Counted from the whole stretch's first letter, positions 35,165-49,336 are shown. The stretch: 62,975 nucleotides of DNA, filler included, from Squatina squatina (GCA_031763465.1; 3 parts of 3 records of this genome joined end to end with filler, not necessarily neighbours in it); one strand, 5' to 3'. Numbers and translations: made by a program. The notes: generated from the letters alone by a model not told the origin.

Positions 35165-38100
35165 CTGCAACCGAAACTATTACAGCAACTGCTGTTACTT
35201 ATCCATTCTGTGCTATAATGCTCCACTTTAAACTTTATCACAGTCATGTCAACAATGAAAAGAAGTTAATAAAGTAGGCTTTAGTTGTACCTGTAATCAG
35301 CAAATCCTACAGATTAGTCTTCCGTGAACAGAATGGTCCGGCTCGAAGTAATGCCTTCACCTATTAAGGACTCCCGCTGCTTAATACTGAAGGTCTTGCT
35401 TTCCAATAGTCTTTAGGTACAAATTCTTCACCTTGCTGTTGCCCATTCAGCACTTTAATTACATCCTCACAATCTCCCAGCAATGCCTAAAATGGCTTAC
35501 TAATACAATGGAAGTAGAAACGGCTCAAATTTGCGGAAGAAGGAATGAGCAAACACACCTACAGGAGACAGCTGAGCTGTGCGAGCAGCGAGGCAGATCT
35601 CTGAAACAGGATCCTATGAGGGAATGTGGAACTCGGGGCAGGTCCTTNNNNNNNNNNNNNNNNNNNNNNNNNNNNNNNAAATGTTCACATGTGGGTGCTG
35701 AAAGGACAAACAACCGCGCCGTAGCTAACAACGAGATCGCACCGCTGAATAGTCCGAGCTTTGGGCTGCTCACTGTGTTTTGAAGGCAGGTGCAATTATT
35801 CCCCAAAAACATCAGCTGGGAATCCACATACACTTCCCTCAGTGTCTGCTGTACTACTGAAGCATGCATTCAAATTAGCTCATGCCTTAAGGGCAAAGGT
35901 TGCTTCACAATGGCTGTCTCGCACACACAGCCGGCACAATTACAGAGTGAAAGGCAGTTGAAAACAGATTATGCCAGAGCGCTGCTTTGAATGGCTGGAA
36001 TAGACTCCCACATAACAGATGAAATCAGGAGCTGTCTGCAAAATGGTACCCTATTTTCTGTGCTAAAGCTAGCAGTTGTTATGAATAAATTAATATTTTA
36101 GTTGATTTAACACCTTTGTATGCCAGACATGAAGCAAACTGTGATCGTGGATTAAGTCAAAATGAGGGGAGTTTAGCATTGCGGGAATTAACCTGATCAT
36201 GTGAACTCCAATATATTTTAATAGTACTTTTCCTCTTAAAATATTTGGGAATTTTACTGGCTGCCATTTTGCTTTAATTGATAAGGTGAGCACTTACAAA
36301 TAAAAATAACATTTTGAACAAATGAAGACATAAGAATTACAATAGTTATAAGAAAATTATTAAACTTGCTTACAGAATAGCAATTTCTGTATTAGAAATG
36401 CCTCTTAGAAAATAGCAGTATTTTCAATTGGCAGCTTTTGCATACGAGAAGTCTGAGCCTCCAGTTTGTGAAGATGCCCAGACTGATTACTGTCTGATTA
36501 CTGTCTGAAGCAATNNNNNNNNNNNNNNNNNNNNNNNNNNNNNNNNNNNNNNNNNNNNNNNNNNNNNNNNNNNNNNNNNNNNNNNNNNNNNNNNNNNNNN
36601 NNNNNNNNNNNNNNAGCTGAAGTAAAGACAAAGAACCTTTAATTGTGTGGAGGAGTGTTGAGAGTAAAATAAGGCCCTAGTGTAATTAGTAAGTTAATTA
36701 TTTCTTAAGTTTTTGCATATCCATGGCTTCAGCCTCCATAATATTTGTGTACCCCTCGCCTGGGCGTGATCGAATTTCTATGTCATTATCTTTTGGACGG
36801 TATTGTTTACTTCAATAACTATAGTAGTTGTTTATATGTTCAACTGAACATTACAAAACTGGGAGTAATAAGCAGCTTCTCATTTTGCCTGACAAAGGAC
36901 ATCAGTTGATGAAGTTACAGTAAATGTACACAGTTGCCATGAAGAATTTGATTTCCTGACACCATTGATTCTGGCAGAATGGATTTTGTGATGCGGCTTC
37001 ATGCCACCATTAATCGCAAAAGGAAAACAACATATTAATTCTTATTTACTGGAAATGCAACATATAGCACACAGACTCTTTTCGTTTTGATTGGTCGCTG
37101 TAATTACAGAGCAATGAAAGAGTACTTTGTTCAGCAGAATGCACTTCAGTGGTCAAGGCTGCAGTCCAACAGAGAAGCTCTTGCTGCATGAGAGATTTGC
37201 AGAAGTCGTGTGGTAAATGCGTGGGAGAACACAATTCATATCTGGAAAAGACGCAGTTCCATCTTTGCTAGAACTGTTGCCTATTTTATGTTGATGGATC
37301 ATGGGACAATTCTCCTGATGCTACAGCTCAATTATCAAGTAAGACCATGTCGCATCCTGTTGGCTCTTTGAAGCATTTGCTTAACATGTGGAACAGTCTG
37401 GAACAACCAAAACTGATCCAATTAAAATGGACCTGTAATACTGATACCACTGAATTGGCCTAATTGATGAAATGTTCAGTAATCCAGATGTGCAGTACAC
37501 AACTGTTGTGCAGTGAAAATCTCGATTGATGCACAGGGCCTTACACATAGTAAGATTCCATTGGAAATATGAACCGAGATAATGTGGTTAAATCCTGGAT
37601 AGATAAACGTATTCTGAAATTAAGTAGATTAAAAAGAAAAGGAATCTGTATTTGGGAATACATAATGGGAATTTTAAAGATTTTATTTTCCACAGATCAT
37701 GTTATCATGAATATGTCAGAGTAAAGTAGTCTGTAAAAGTTAAATCAGGATTCGATGCAGCATAACAATTTTACAAAAGTTGGCACTTGCAAAGATATTT
37801 GCATTCACTCTCTAAGATATGTAGTTACTCCTGCCACACACATTACAGCCCTCACATAGATCACAAAACACTAATATGAAATGTTAACATTCTCCTGCCT
37901 TAAAGATTCATGTTGCTCGTTTGCGGAATTGCACATTATAAGAAAATGCTAACTTGTGCTAAACTCAGAACTTATCAGTAATGCCCAAATTTTAAAATAT
38001 ATTTTCAGCATAATGGAGCTATAAATGAAAACCAAATCTGTGGCAAATTACCAGTTGAAGGGAGTGAAATTCTGAATGTCAGAACGTTGAACCTCTAATA

Positions 38101-38387
38101 GATCTTCTTATCATCAAATTGAAAGGACTTATGAACAGGTGGGGATGTTAAAGCTTCCCAATGTGGTCTAATCTTTGTCAGGTTTAATGAACCATTTTCA
38201 ATCAATCACAGAGTTTTATCAGAGTTTGGCACCTTCCCAAGAACGAAGTTAGCCTCCTGACCCCTGTAAGAAATTGACTTTTTGCTAATACAGATGTGCT
38301 GAATGGAAACCTTAGGCCTAGTATGGAAAAGTTGACTACAATGTCACATTTTATTGATGCAGTGGTGAATGTGGCCAGGGGGACAGC

Positions 38388-38525
38388 AATAGAACATACA
38401 GCACATAACAGGCCCTTTGGCCCACGATGTTGTGCCGAACCTTTGTCTCAGATCAGAAAACAAATTAATCTACACCCGCCATACCATTATCCATGCACCT
38501 GTCTAATAGCCGCTTGAAGGTTCCT
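38388..38525 (-). mobile_element. CR1-type LINE 3' end
   Basis: 'agaacatacagcacataacaggccctttggcccac' is the reverse complement of a CR1 3' UTR. The minus strand reads TFKRLLDRCMD. Confidence 0.75.
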
Positions 38526-41500
38526 NNNNNNNNNNNNNNNNNNNNNNNNNNNNNNNNNNNNNNNNNNNNNNNNNNNNNNNNNNNNNNNNNNNNNNNNNNN
38601 NNNNNNNNNNNNNNNNNNNNNNNNNATTTAATAGTTAGGGGTCCTGTAATATCAGCTTCTTGTAGCAAGAGTAATGATCAGATCAAGTGAGCTACAGAGC
38701 TCAATGCACCACCTAAATTAATATTTATGAAACTGAATGCACCGTCATTTATTATTTCATTGTTCTGATCTTGAACCTTTGAATACTGAATGTTATTTGC
38801 ATCAATGAACCGTCATATTAAATGATATTTAGATCAACTTCTGATGTTGCAGACAATGAGGTAGAATTCAGTGAAAGCCTAAACCACAGAANNNNNNNNN
38901 NCTGAGTATTTCCAGCATTTTCTGTTTTAATATCACATATAAGAGGGATTGGCTGGATTTCCTGAACTGCTGATGGGATCTGAGCATCTGAAAGACAGCT
39001 GTATAATTGGTTAAGTAAGTAAAAAAAAAACACCGTTAAAGGGAACCATATACGCTGTGTGGAATGACGATAAATACTGCAAAAGTAAGATTCTGAAAAT
39101 AGCAATACCATGTATGAGGGAATGTGTGAGAATAAAATATAGGCAGAATCTTTCTATTCATAAAACTATAATAGATGAAAAAAATAAAACTCTATTCTCG
39201 TACTATTTGAGGAGAAGATGCAACAGTGCTACTGTAGTAATCCTCAAAGGGTTAGCAGTATTTGCTGACAGAATAGAAATATTGTCATTTTGTTGGAAGG
39301 GATTTTTTCCCCAGATGCAATATTGTTGGTGCATATAATGCTTTTATCATTATGGGATTAGCTTTCTCAAATTTGTCAGCATATTGGATGCAACTACAGT
39401 CTATACAATAAGGACATTTATTTCAGCAGGGTTAAAATTGGAGTTCAAGTATTGAATTCGAATAACATTTCTATTTTTGCATAACTAAAACAAAATGTTA
39501 GGCAACAGTAGCAACTCAAAACTGTGCCAAAGGATTTCACCAGTTCTGAACAATTTTATTTAAAAAAAAAAGGGAAAACATGAGTGTGCAGCTGGCAGAA
39601 ACCTTCCTACATGATCTGAAAGCAAATTGTAAGGCTAGTTCAGTAAAGCTATTTACAGCTCTCAAAATCATTGTCTTTCTGAAAGCATCACTTACCCCAT
39701 CCATTATCTACAACCATTTGGCTGACACAGCTTGCATTGATGGGATATTATTATGGTTTTTGAACAGAGGTAACCAACGTCTGGATGACACAGTCCAAGA
39801 GGAGACATAAAGACCTTCATACAGTCCCTGGACTATATTTTTATTATTAACTTCAAAAGAAAGCAAATCAATTAGCAAATTTGATGTGAAGTGCTGACAG
39901 TATGTCCCTATGCTCCAGTGAAAGGCAGAGACCTCTGATTATGAAACTGTGCCCCAGCAGGTCTGCAAAGGTGCAAGAAAGTGATTTGCTTCAACTCCAT
40001 TCATCTAAATGGGATTGGTGAATCTGCATGACAGTGTGAAATTGTAAAGATCCTATTAGGAATATAAAAATCAAATTACATTAGAAAATTGAGTGGCTCC
40101 GAGCTCTCAATATGGCTGACTTTGCTGCTAACTCAGTATGCTCTAGATAATTTAACCGTGACTAAAGTCAATCAGCATTCTGTAGTCAATTTTACTCAAA
40201 CACTACTGAAAAATGCTATATAATTTTATTGCTTTTCTCCAAGCAGAACAGATAGGGGCCAAATCGGCATTAATGAGCTTCTAACAGCTTCAAAATGGGA
40301 TTGGTAGATATCGCACTCCATTAGCTGCCTTTNNNNNNNNNNNNNNNNNNNNNNNNNNNNNNNNNNNNNNNNNNNNNNNNNNNNNNNNNNNNNNNNNNNN
40401 NNNNNNNNNNNNNNNNNNNNNNNNNNNNNNNNACACACAGAAAGAGAGCTTAAAAGAGCTGAGCCACAGTGAGAGCCAGATTTTTATTTTACACATTATG
40501 ACTAGCCAAGTATATGACGTGCACTGCTGTATATAGAACTAGCTTCAATTAATAAAAATACATTTCCTCTGTCATGCATTTTGGATTGTTCCACCAATTA
40601 GGATATGAGCAGTGCAGTGCTGTACTCAAAAAAAATTAAATCGCATAAGATCAGCATTTCATGACTGAAAGTAATTACTGAATACATGTATTTAAAAAAA
40701 AAATACAATTCATCCCAACAATTATTCATGATCACTTAACATGACAATTACGTTGTTACAGTACTTAAGGGATTGCGTTGAGAGATGCCAAAATATTACT
40801 TCATAAACAAATACAATTTTTAGGTCAAAAAGGTATTATGTGCATGATTGTAACTATGAATTTAATAAATATTTCAGTGTGTTTTATGCTGAACTAGGAG
40901 AGAGAGAGAGAGTTGATTAAAGCCTGAGACAGCAGCAAGTTTTTACAGACCAGATCCAAGTTGATTTTAATATTGGTGCCTCTGCTGAGATCAGCACTGT
41001 GAAAACTGCTGACATGATCATTGGAGGTGAATGCACACTGCCTTCAGAGCTTACCTCTGTTTTAGAGGGCCTATGGTTGGTCTCAGTGGAGCATTTCTGG
41101 CTAGTTTTGTTGGGTGTGTGCCAGATTTGATTGCTGATGTCATGGGTGGGAGCTTGGGGAGATGCAAGCTCGCGGATCTGCAGTTGGAGCTCCACCAATA
41201 TGCTCTCTGGATTAACTTGCTCTGACACAAAAAAATTGTTGCCAGCCTGATTCCCACGAAGATTCTTGCAGTTAATTAAGAACTGAGATAATGAGAGCAA
41301 AGTTAATCAAGGTTCCACTGTATGTAATTATCCTGCTGCACCCTCAATTATATCTGCAGCTGTCGAATAGAATGAATTTTGTGTCAAAGAACTGTATGTT
41401 GTCATAGTCCAAAACATAGCAGGCATATTTTCAAAGTTTATTTCTCTGATTAATTTATCATTTTCATTCATTGAGACTACATTATAGATGCATTCAAATA

Positions 41501-42619
41501 ATATTTTCCCCACATTTGAACCCCCACTATTTTTTCCATTAGCCAGAAAGGTGTGTCATGCCAGAATGCTGAATTCATGATGGCCGCTTCATGTTGGTCT
41601 CACAGAAAATGCGACTCTGTGTGAAATACTCTACTACTATGCTATGGGCTAACTGGTGACCAACCTGATAACTTGAAAAATCCATCCGATAATATTTCTG
41701 AAGAGGAGTTTGCTTTCTTCTTTACTTTCTTGCCTGACAGCCAACCTATTAGGATTCTGCCAGTAATGGAGCTACCAGAAGGTATAGAATGACTCTACCT
41801 TGCACCTTTCCTCCTTCCTCCTGGGTGAACTCCCAACCTGTTTTGTATCACCTCCTGGCAGAATACCTGACATTAAGAACCATGTGATGATTCACCAATG
41901 CACACCTACATCCTAAAACTTCATAGCCGAGAGAACTAAAACTGCAACCTGCTGTGACACTGTGCCGCTTGCTCTTTTATCAGAATATATTCCTTAGTTT
42001 AAATTCAAATGTTTCCTTCAATATTTTCAATTGTTTTATGCTTTTCTATTTAAAAAAAGGTATTTTGAGGATAATTTATCCTCATTTTCCAATTTTGATT
42101 TTATTGATTCACCATCCCCGCCCCCAATAAAGTTCTGCTTTTCCCAAATTCATTTATGAAGTTCTTTTTCAGCCTCCCATCTGGAGCAGGTCCAAACTGA
42201 ACTAAACTGTGAGGTGCACAAATACAGCCAGAATAATAATGCTGACAAAAATGCATGTTTTCATGTGAATTAAACATGCAATTAACATTGCCAGCAGCAT
42301 ATGGTTATTAGTCATTTGATTTCCTACCTACATTTAATGGAGCATTCATTTAATTGGACAAGAAGAAACCTGTTAATTTGAAAATTGCTACACCTGGAAT
42401 TTCTTTGGGGTTCTCCCAATCTCCCGTCATAACTTCAGCGAAAGATCAGAAATTCTGGAGAAATATTTTAAACGGCTATTTACAAGGTTTCTGAAAGGGT
42501 TCTGCCTGTCTTGCATCGAAGATGGAGTGGGAGAACCACACAGAAATTCTACCCCTGGAACTTAATTGTTTTCTCCAGTGTTTTATATCTTTGAATCCAG
42601 TGCAATCAAGAAAAACAGG

Positions 42620-43128
42620 CAACAGATTTTATCAGAAAATGCTGGAAGTACTCAGGTCAGGCAGCAACTGTGGAGGGAGACACAAAGTTAACATGTCAGG
42701 TCGTTGACCTTTTGTCAGAAAGAGAAGCTAAAGATGTAACAGATTTTCANNNNNNNNNNNNNNNNNNNNNNNNNNNNNNNNNNNNNNNNNNNNNNNNNNN
42801 NNNNNNNNNNNNNNNNNNNNNNNNNNNNNNNNNNNNNNNNNNNNNNNNNAGGTGTAAATGGCAATAGGAGAATCATTACCAGCTCCTGCTGTCTGGAAAA
42901 AATAGGAGCAGAAGTTATACATTTTCAGATTATAACCAAACATGGAGTATGAAAGGTTGTAAAGTACTAATCGAAAAAAGAGATGCTGTTCCTCGATCTT
43001 CATTTGGGTTAGTTGGAACAGTGTAGGAGGCCAAGGATAGAAAGGTCAAACTGGGAGTGCCTGCTGAGTATTTCTGGCATTTTCTGTTTTTATTTCAGTT
43101 TTCCAACATCCACAGTATTTTGCTTTTG
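42620..43128 (-). mobile_element. Penelope-like element remnant with inverted terminal repeat copies
   Basis: The minus strand at 42940-43036 reads LGLLHCSN..KIEEQHLFFRL (GIY-YIG C-terminus). The terminal repeat appears in - orientation at 42620-42720 and in + orientation at 43058-43128. Confidence 0.8.
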
Positions 43129-44794
43129 TAACAGATTGTATCATCTGTATTTCGCACTGTTATTAAGTGTGCTCTTTATTCAACAAATTAATATGTCTTT
43201 CTATAAAATCTTGACTGCTCCAACATATAATCAAACCCGATAAAAATACTTTCATAGACATTTAATTTTCAAATACACAATAAATTTAGCAACCCTGTTA
43301 TTAACTGTAGCGTGGAAGAAACAGAAAAATCTTTGACAGATAGATCTAAATATGGGTTTATATTGGGCTTCGTGTGTACTTCAAGGTCACTCTGCAGTCA
43401 ACAGCAGTCTATAACCAGCAGTCTGAGAGCTCAGTATTTAAAGTTTTGTGTTGGCCAGTAGATTAGTTAAGCTTGCTTCAAATGGTAGCCTCTTCCATAG
43501 CATATGAAATGAGTTTATAATTTAGACTATGCTGAGAGAGAAAGTGAGTAATTATTTTATGCTTCAAGGAGGGCAAGAAATGCAAAATTCACTGTTTATA
43601 CCATTTACTGTTCATTTACCGATTTTATGTAAATAGACCATTTGTTGGTTCAAAGCCCAAGACTTTGATGCGAGTGCATATTTAGCCCACTTTTAAAACA
43701 GAAGAGAATCAAGTGGTGGCACCTGACAAGTCTCAATAGCCAGTGTACAGATTAAGAGTTGTCTGTCACAATCTCTAGGTCTCACCATCAATTGCCTAGG
43801 GACTATACAAAAGATGTGGTGCATTCCAGATTGTAGGGGACACAAAGGGTCACACAAACTAGGAAAATCCTAATGACACCAAATAGGTTCATAAAAGTGA
43901 AAATGTGACACCCACCCTGTTTACAATGGTGAGGGGAGTGCTGGGGCACAGCTGACCTAAACAATGCGAAATTATAACATGTCCTTCACAAGAAGGCTGA
44001 CACAGGCCAGCAGTGCAGTCTCCCTTTAGGACATTTTTTGCCTCTTATATAAATTGCAATTTGACACGCATCCAATCCCAATTTGTGTTCCCCATAGTGA
44101 GCTCCCACACTGTCACGGGTTCTTGCAATTTTGGGGCTATATTGTAATCATATGCTATTATATCACAAAACAACATTAAGCTTTCATAAGCATTTTCCCT
44201 TAGCAAAAAGTGTCCCAACATAATCACAGAACACTCAATTGGGGCAGAGGCAGGAGTTGTCAAAATCAAGACTGCTCTGGTCAAATCCAGATGTCTGTTT
44301 TTATATCTCACACATCATCCATCCAAGGTCTTCAGTTTACGTACAATGCTTCAAACCACAATATTAACAAAAGTAAATACAAAAGGTTGATATTTGCTCC
44401 CTCAGTGGCTTGTTATGTGGTACTGCGCCACACACACAAAAGTACGAGGTGTGATCCCTGCTTTGTTCCAAGTTAGCATGTCTTGCCCTGAGTAGCTGTT
44501 GGGCATTAGAGTTAGGCAGAAAGAGGGAATGCATGCATATTGGCAGGGACACAATCTGGTTCACATTTATTGCCGATACTCTAATATTGTGCATGTAGAT
44601 TTTGCACTTGGCATAGCATCAAGAGACTGCGGGTACTTGTGGACAGTACACCAAGATTCAATGCTTTTGGGTGAGGAGGTGGCATCTATAATCCNNNNNN
44701 NNNNNNNNNNNNNNNNNNNNNNNNNNNNNNNNNNNNNNNNNNNNNNNNNNNNNNNNNNNNNNNNNNNNNNNNNNNNNNNNNNNNNNNNNNNNNN

Positions 44795-44843
44795 CAGAGG
44801 TCACTCTCAAAACCCAGCATCTCCAGTAATAATTCATACCGGT
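44795..44843 (-). CDS. Possible coding exon start, truncated by a gap ((D)RYELLLEMLGFESDL...)
   Basis: A strong acceptor 'tttttttttcgtcattctttacag|' is followed by an open frame that runs into the N gap. Confidence 0.35.
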
Positions 44844-45633
44844 CTGTAAAGAATGACGAAAAAAAAGAGTTTTTAGGCTGAGTGTCATGACCATGCTCAT
44901 ATCAAAACGTGGCATTTTGTTCAGTGTAAAATATTCTCTGAGGAAAGATTCAAGTTTCCATAGCAGCAGGATTTACTGATTTATGTGGATACTGGCCAGA
45001 TCTTTTCCCCCTCCTATCCCCTTGTTCCTGCCTAAAAGAATAATCACTTCCTATATTTCAAAAAAGCAGGCACTGCATCTCATTTCCAAATAGCATTGCT
45101 CATGTTGTTCTGATTGATTTGTGCACTGGGTCACTTTGATATTGATCTCGGCTCAACTAGCTAAAGAATATCAGATTTTCTGAAATGATTGCACTGTTTA
45201 TTATGCAATATAGTCAGACAAGGAAACATCACTGCATAAAGTTTCAAAGATTTGCATTTACATTTTGCATTTTGTTTCACCTTTAAAAACAGTCATATTA
45301 ATACTTAAAATTAATGAGAAACATTGTTAGATTATAATAAATTCAAATAGAAATGATCAAACTCACCCTTTTACATATTTAGACAAGACAAGTAATCGGC
45401 GCAGATAAGTTTTAAGTTTACATGTTAAGAAATTCTTGCAAGAAAGAAATTGGAACAGGGGCAATTCAGACTATCGAATAGCTCCACCCATTCAAGCAGC
45501 CATAATTTGTGTAATGTCAATATTTTTTTAAAACATTTCATAAATGTTGAAAGACATTCTAACCAGCATTATATTGGATAATCCCCAGACAATTTATCTC
45601 TAATAGATATTGTCAGACTATTCTAATTAGTTA

Positions 45634-45733
45634 NNNNNNNNNNNNNNNNNNNNNNNNNNNNNNNNNNNNNNNNNNNNTTAATTAATTAANNNNNNNNNNN
45701 NNNNNNNNNNNNNNNNNNNNNNNNNNNNNNNNN
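45634..45733. other. Artificial scaffold linker N44-TTAATTAATTAA-N44
   Basis: Same construct as 31357-31456. Confidence 0.9.
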
Positions 45734-46372
45734 GATCAGTGCTTTGTTCTACATCCTCCATTTAGTCAGATAATGATTGTATTTATACATTACAGTATAG
45801 TACCCTGATTTTCAAGGTTATTTCTTTTGAGGGAGTATGATGGGACACTGTGTCAGGGCTCTGGTAAACCAATCCATGGAATGGCAGGATAGAGGCTTCC
45901 ATCTGCAATTCCCCTTAAAGGGGTTGAAATTCCTCTGAGAGCTCATTTTAGGACACTGATGAATGTACTTATGCCAAATTCCTGCTCCGTTATTTTAAAT
46001 GAGATAACCAATTCTGCCCATGCAGAAATTTGATGTGAATGTTATAGCTGCTGTGCCAAAAATAGCACACAGAGGAATTTCAAGTCTAAAGCATGTTCCA
46101 AATCCCAGCGTACTATGAGGATTAGGAAGGGTAAAGGAGGGGGAATACATTGAACAGAGACACTTGCTTCCTTAAAAAGAAAAGATAGAAAATCAGAGGA
46201 AGAGCTAGCACCTGACACTGCCGCACCCTTCGTCATCTGTATTGATAGAGGCCTGATAGCAAACTTTCTAACNNNNNNNNNNNNNNNNNNNNNNNNNNNN
46301 NNNNNNNNNNNNNNNNNNNNNNNNNNNNNNNNNNNNNNNNNNNNNNNNNNNNNNNNNNNNNNNNNNNNNNNN

Positions 46373-46465
46373 AATCTCCTCCCTCGCCTCCCACAGAATC
46401 CTCGGATACATCCCGTCAGGCCCAGAGGACTTGTCTATCCCCAAGTTTTCTAAAATGTCCAACAC
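46373..46465 (-). mobile_element. CR1 LINE ORF2 fragment
   Basis: Translates as LDILENLGIDKSSGPDGMYPRILWEAREEI, containing the KSPGPD motif. Confidence 0.85.
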
Positions 46466-46467
46466 AA

Positions 46468-46875
46468 GTTCCAGGGTTTTGATCCAGCTACAATGAAGGA
46501 ATGGTGATGTATTTCCAAGTCAGGATGATGTGTGACTTGGAGAGGAACTTTGAGGTGGTGGCGTGCCCATGTATCTGCAGCCCTGTCCTTCTAGGTGGTA
46601 GAGATCACGAGTTTGGGAGGTGTTGCCGAAGAAGCCTTGGCGAGTTGCTGCAATGCATCTTGTAAATGGTACACATTGCAGCCACAGTGCATCAGTGGTG
46701 GAGGGAGTGAATGTTTAAGGTGGTGGATGGGGTGCCAATCAAGCGGGGTGCTTTGTCCTGGATGGTGTCGAGCTTCTTGAGTGTTGTTTCAGCTGCACTC
46801 ATTCAGGCAAATGGAGAGTGTTCCATCACGCTCCTGACTTGTGTCTTGTAGATGGTGGAAAGGTATTGGGAGTCC
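46468..46875 (-). mobile_element. CR1/L2-superfamily LINE RT C-terminal fragment
   Basis: The minus strand reads LSTIYKTQVRSVMEHSPFA*MSAAETTLKKLDTIQDKAPRLIG and overlaps in sequence with 22380-22520. Confidence 0.8.
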
Positions 46876-49180
46876 GCTAAAACTGAATTTGAAATTGTAA
46901 ACCCCCAGCTGAAGGTAGACAGCTATCCTGGTAATACCTTAGATGGAATGATTGAATACAGAGTAGATGTTCTACATGTCGAAGAGTTCTGGTGGGCCTA
47001 GATTTTACTCTTAAAATTTCAGCAATGTATTCTTCACAAAGAAGAGGTTATACACAAGATGGTCTCAAAAATTGCACTGGAACTAAAGGAAATAAAGGGT
47101 TTGCTAAACAATTGTGCTTCCAAACATTTTCTAGTTACTGAGGTTTTTAGCAATTGACAGTGTGAAAGAACAAGATGTAGGTGCATGGTATAGGAAGACT
47201 ATTCGAAACAAGCATACAAATCACTGAGTTACTGAATAAAGTCATCATTCGACTTTTTTGTTCTGGTAGGAGATTGACAAGAAAATAGAACAGATGTAGA
47301 TAACACTGTGAGAAAAACCTACAAGCAATTGTTAGGTTTCATGACAGTTTGGAAGGTGGCAGGGAAAGAACAACTTGCTGTTGTTCATAAAACTGGTGAA
47401 TGCACTAAAAAGGTAAGCCCCGAGACACCTCAGGTCATAATCTTGCTGGTAATGCCCGAGCCAAGACTTCAGTGTCGGACCACCTGCCTCCCTGGCAGTT
47501 AAGTCCCATGAGGGAAGTTGGGCTGGGCTGTGTTGTGGGGTGGGGTGTGGGGGGGGCGGGTAGTGGGGGAGGCACAACACCTGTAGTGTTGAGGAAGCAT
47601 TCCTGCTCCTCCTGGCTCCACAGGAAGGCCTTAAACAATTCTGAACCTTACCTATTGTTGGTTGCTTGGGGCTTGCTGTGGAATCCTAAGCTGGCAAACC
47701 TGACAATTGACACATGTTGTCTAATTTCAGCAAGGGGTCCTTCAACAGGTGTTCAACCCCTAATTAATATATTCAAGGGGCCTAGTGCCTGTTTTTGAAC
47801 AGGCTCAAAACTGTGCGCAAAGCTTACTGATTTAGCAATGGGGCGACCTGGGTCCAATCTGTGTTGATGTTTTGATCTGCCTTATAGAACCAGGTACAGA
47901 GGTCAGTGTGCATTTCTCCGGGTCCTCTGATTCTCTGGTAGTTAATTCCAATGGCTGTAAAATTGGAGCATCCTAGGCATGGTGAAATTGAAGTAATGGA
48001 AAAGAAAATTGGCCGGGGTGTAAAAGAAACTGCCGATTCGCTATAGACCATCTTGCGCTACTGCCTAGGGCCAATTTGATCCGCTGAGTCTCTGAAAATT
48101 TGCCCCTACCATCTCAGCACTGATGCCTTTATTGCCTTTATTTCCTTTGGATACATGTTTCAAACAGACAGCAGCGAACGCTTTGTTTGACATTACGAAA
48201 ATTCAGCGCACAGAATCCTTTCACTGCATAATATTAATGGGGAAAAAGAAAATCAATAAAATTGATTTCCATAGGGGCTTCCATTCCAACCATTGAATTG
48301 AGTCGAAGGTAGATTATTGCACAAAACCATGGCCTGTCGTTGGTGATACATGTCAGAAGGAAGTTAGCACAACTGTGACAGATTCAATAACCTACAGATG
48401 ACTACCAATACGGTCTTATGATTAAAGCAATAAAGACTGTCATATCTTGCTAGTGTTCCATACCATTGCTTTAATCAATAACACCCAAGCTATGCCAGCA
48501 ATTACCTGGATACATCATTTTTCTGACAAGATGACCGCTGGTGTATATGAGANNNNNNNNNNNNNNNNNNNNNNNNNNNNNNNNNNNNNNNNNNNNNNNN
48601 NNNNNNNNNNNNNNNNNNNNNNNNNNNNNNNNNNNNNNNNNNNNNNNNNNNNTTAATTGAGATCATTTAAAAGCATGACTTGTACATGAGGAAATAAAAG
48701 AAGATGAATTTAACCTTTACAAAGGTCATAGCTGTGTTGCCTGAGCCTGCAGATGACTTAGGGTCATAGATCGACTCTCCGTGGATGTTGTTTATAGGCA
48801 TGAATTATTTAGTGATGTCAGTGTAATTCTGAAATCTGACATTCTCAAGCACCCCATTAGCAGTTAACATCCCATTCCCTCGGGGGTGAGGCTCTTTCCC
48901 TTAACTCACCAAAGGGAGCGAGGTGTTAACTGAGACTCAAGGCCGTCTTTCCATACTCATTAACACATTTGTGTTACAACCACAACATCTACATTAAATA
49001 TGATCGAATAATTTTACGCCAAAGATTTGAACCAACAAATCCTTTTCTTTTGAAATGCAATATGAATCACCATTTAAATAAAGGTCGAATCGAACACTGC
49101 TTCACCTGCCGCAGATGGGATGCACTTCCATTAGAATGATAAAAGGACCTGCTATATTCAGTGAGACTTCTTTCTTGCAG

Positions 49181-49336
49181 GAAAAGGTTACATACAACGG
49201 AGGAGACCGAGACCACCAACAAATCTTTTCCTCTCTGAATGAAAGCGTGCTGACCATCAGTGGCACGGGGCGTGTCTCGGCTGTGGCAACTGGTAGCTCT
49301 GGAGGAGTTGTCACACAGGATTTCTTCACATCTTAG
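49181..49336 (+). CDS. Candidate terminal coding exon of an unidentified gene (EKVTYNGGDRDHQQIFSSLNESVLTISGTGRVSAVATGSSGGVVTQDFFTS*)
   Basis: Acceptor 'cttctttcttgcag|', then 51 codons to TAG. The other two frames close early, and CpGs are retained. The protein is not recognised. Confidence 0.45.
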   Translation, partial: EKVTYNGGDRDHQQIFSSLNESVLTISGTGRVSAVATGSSGGVVTQDFFTS

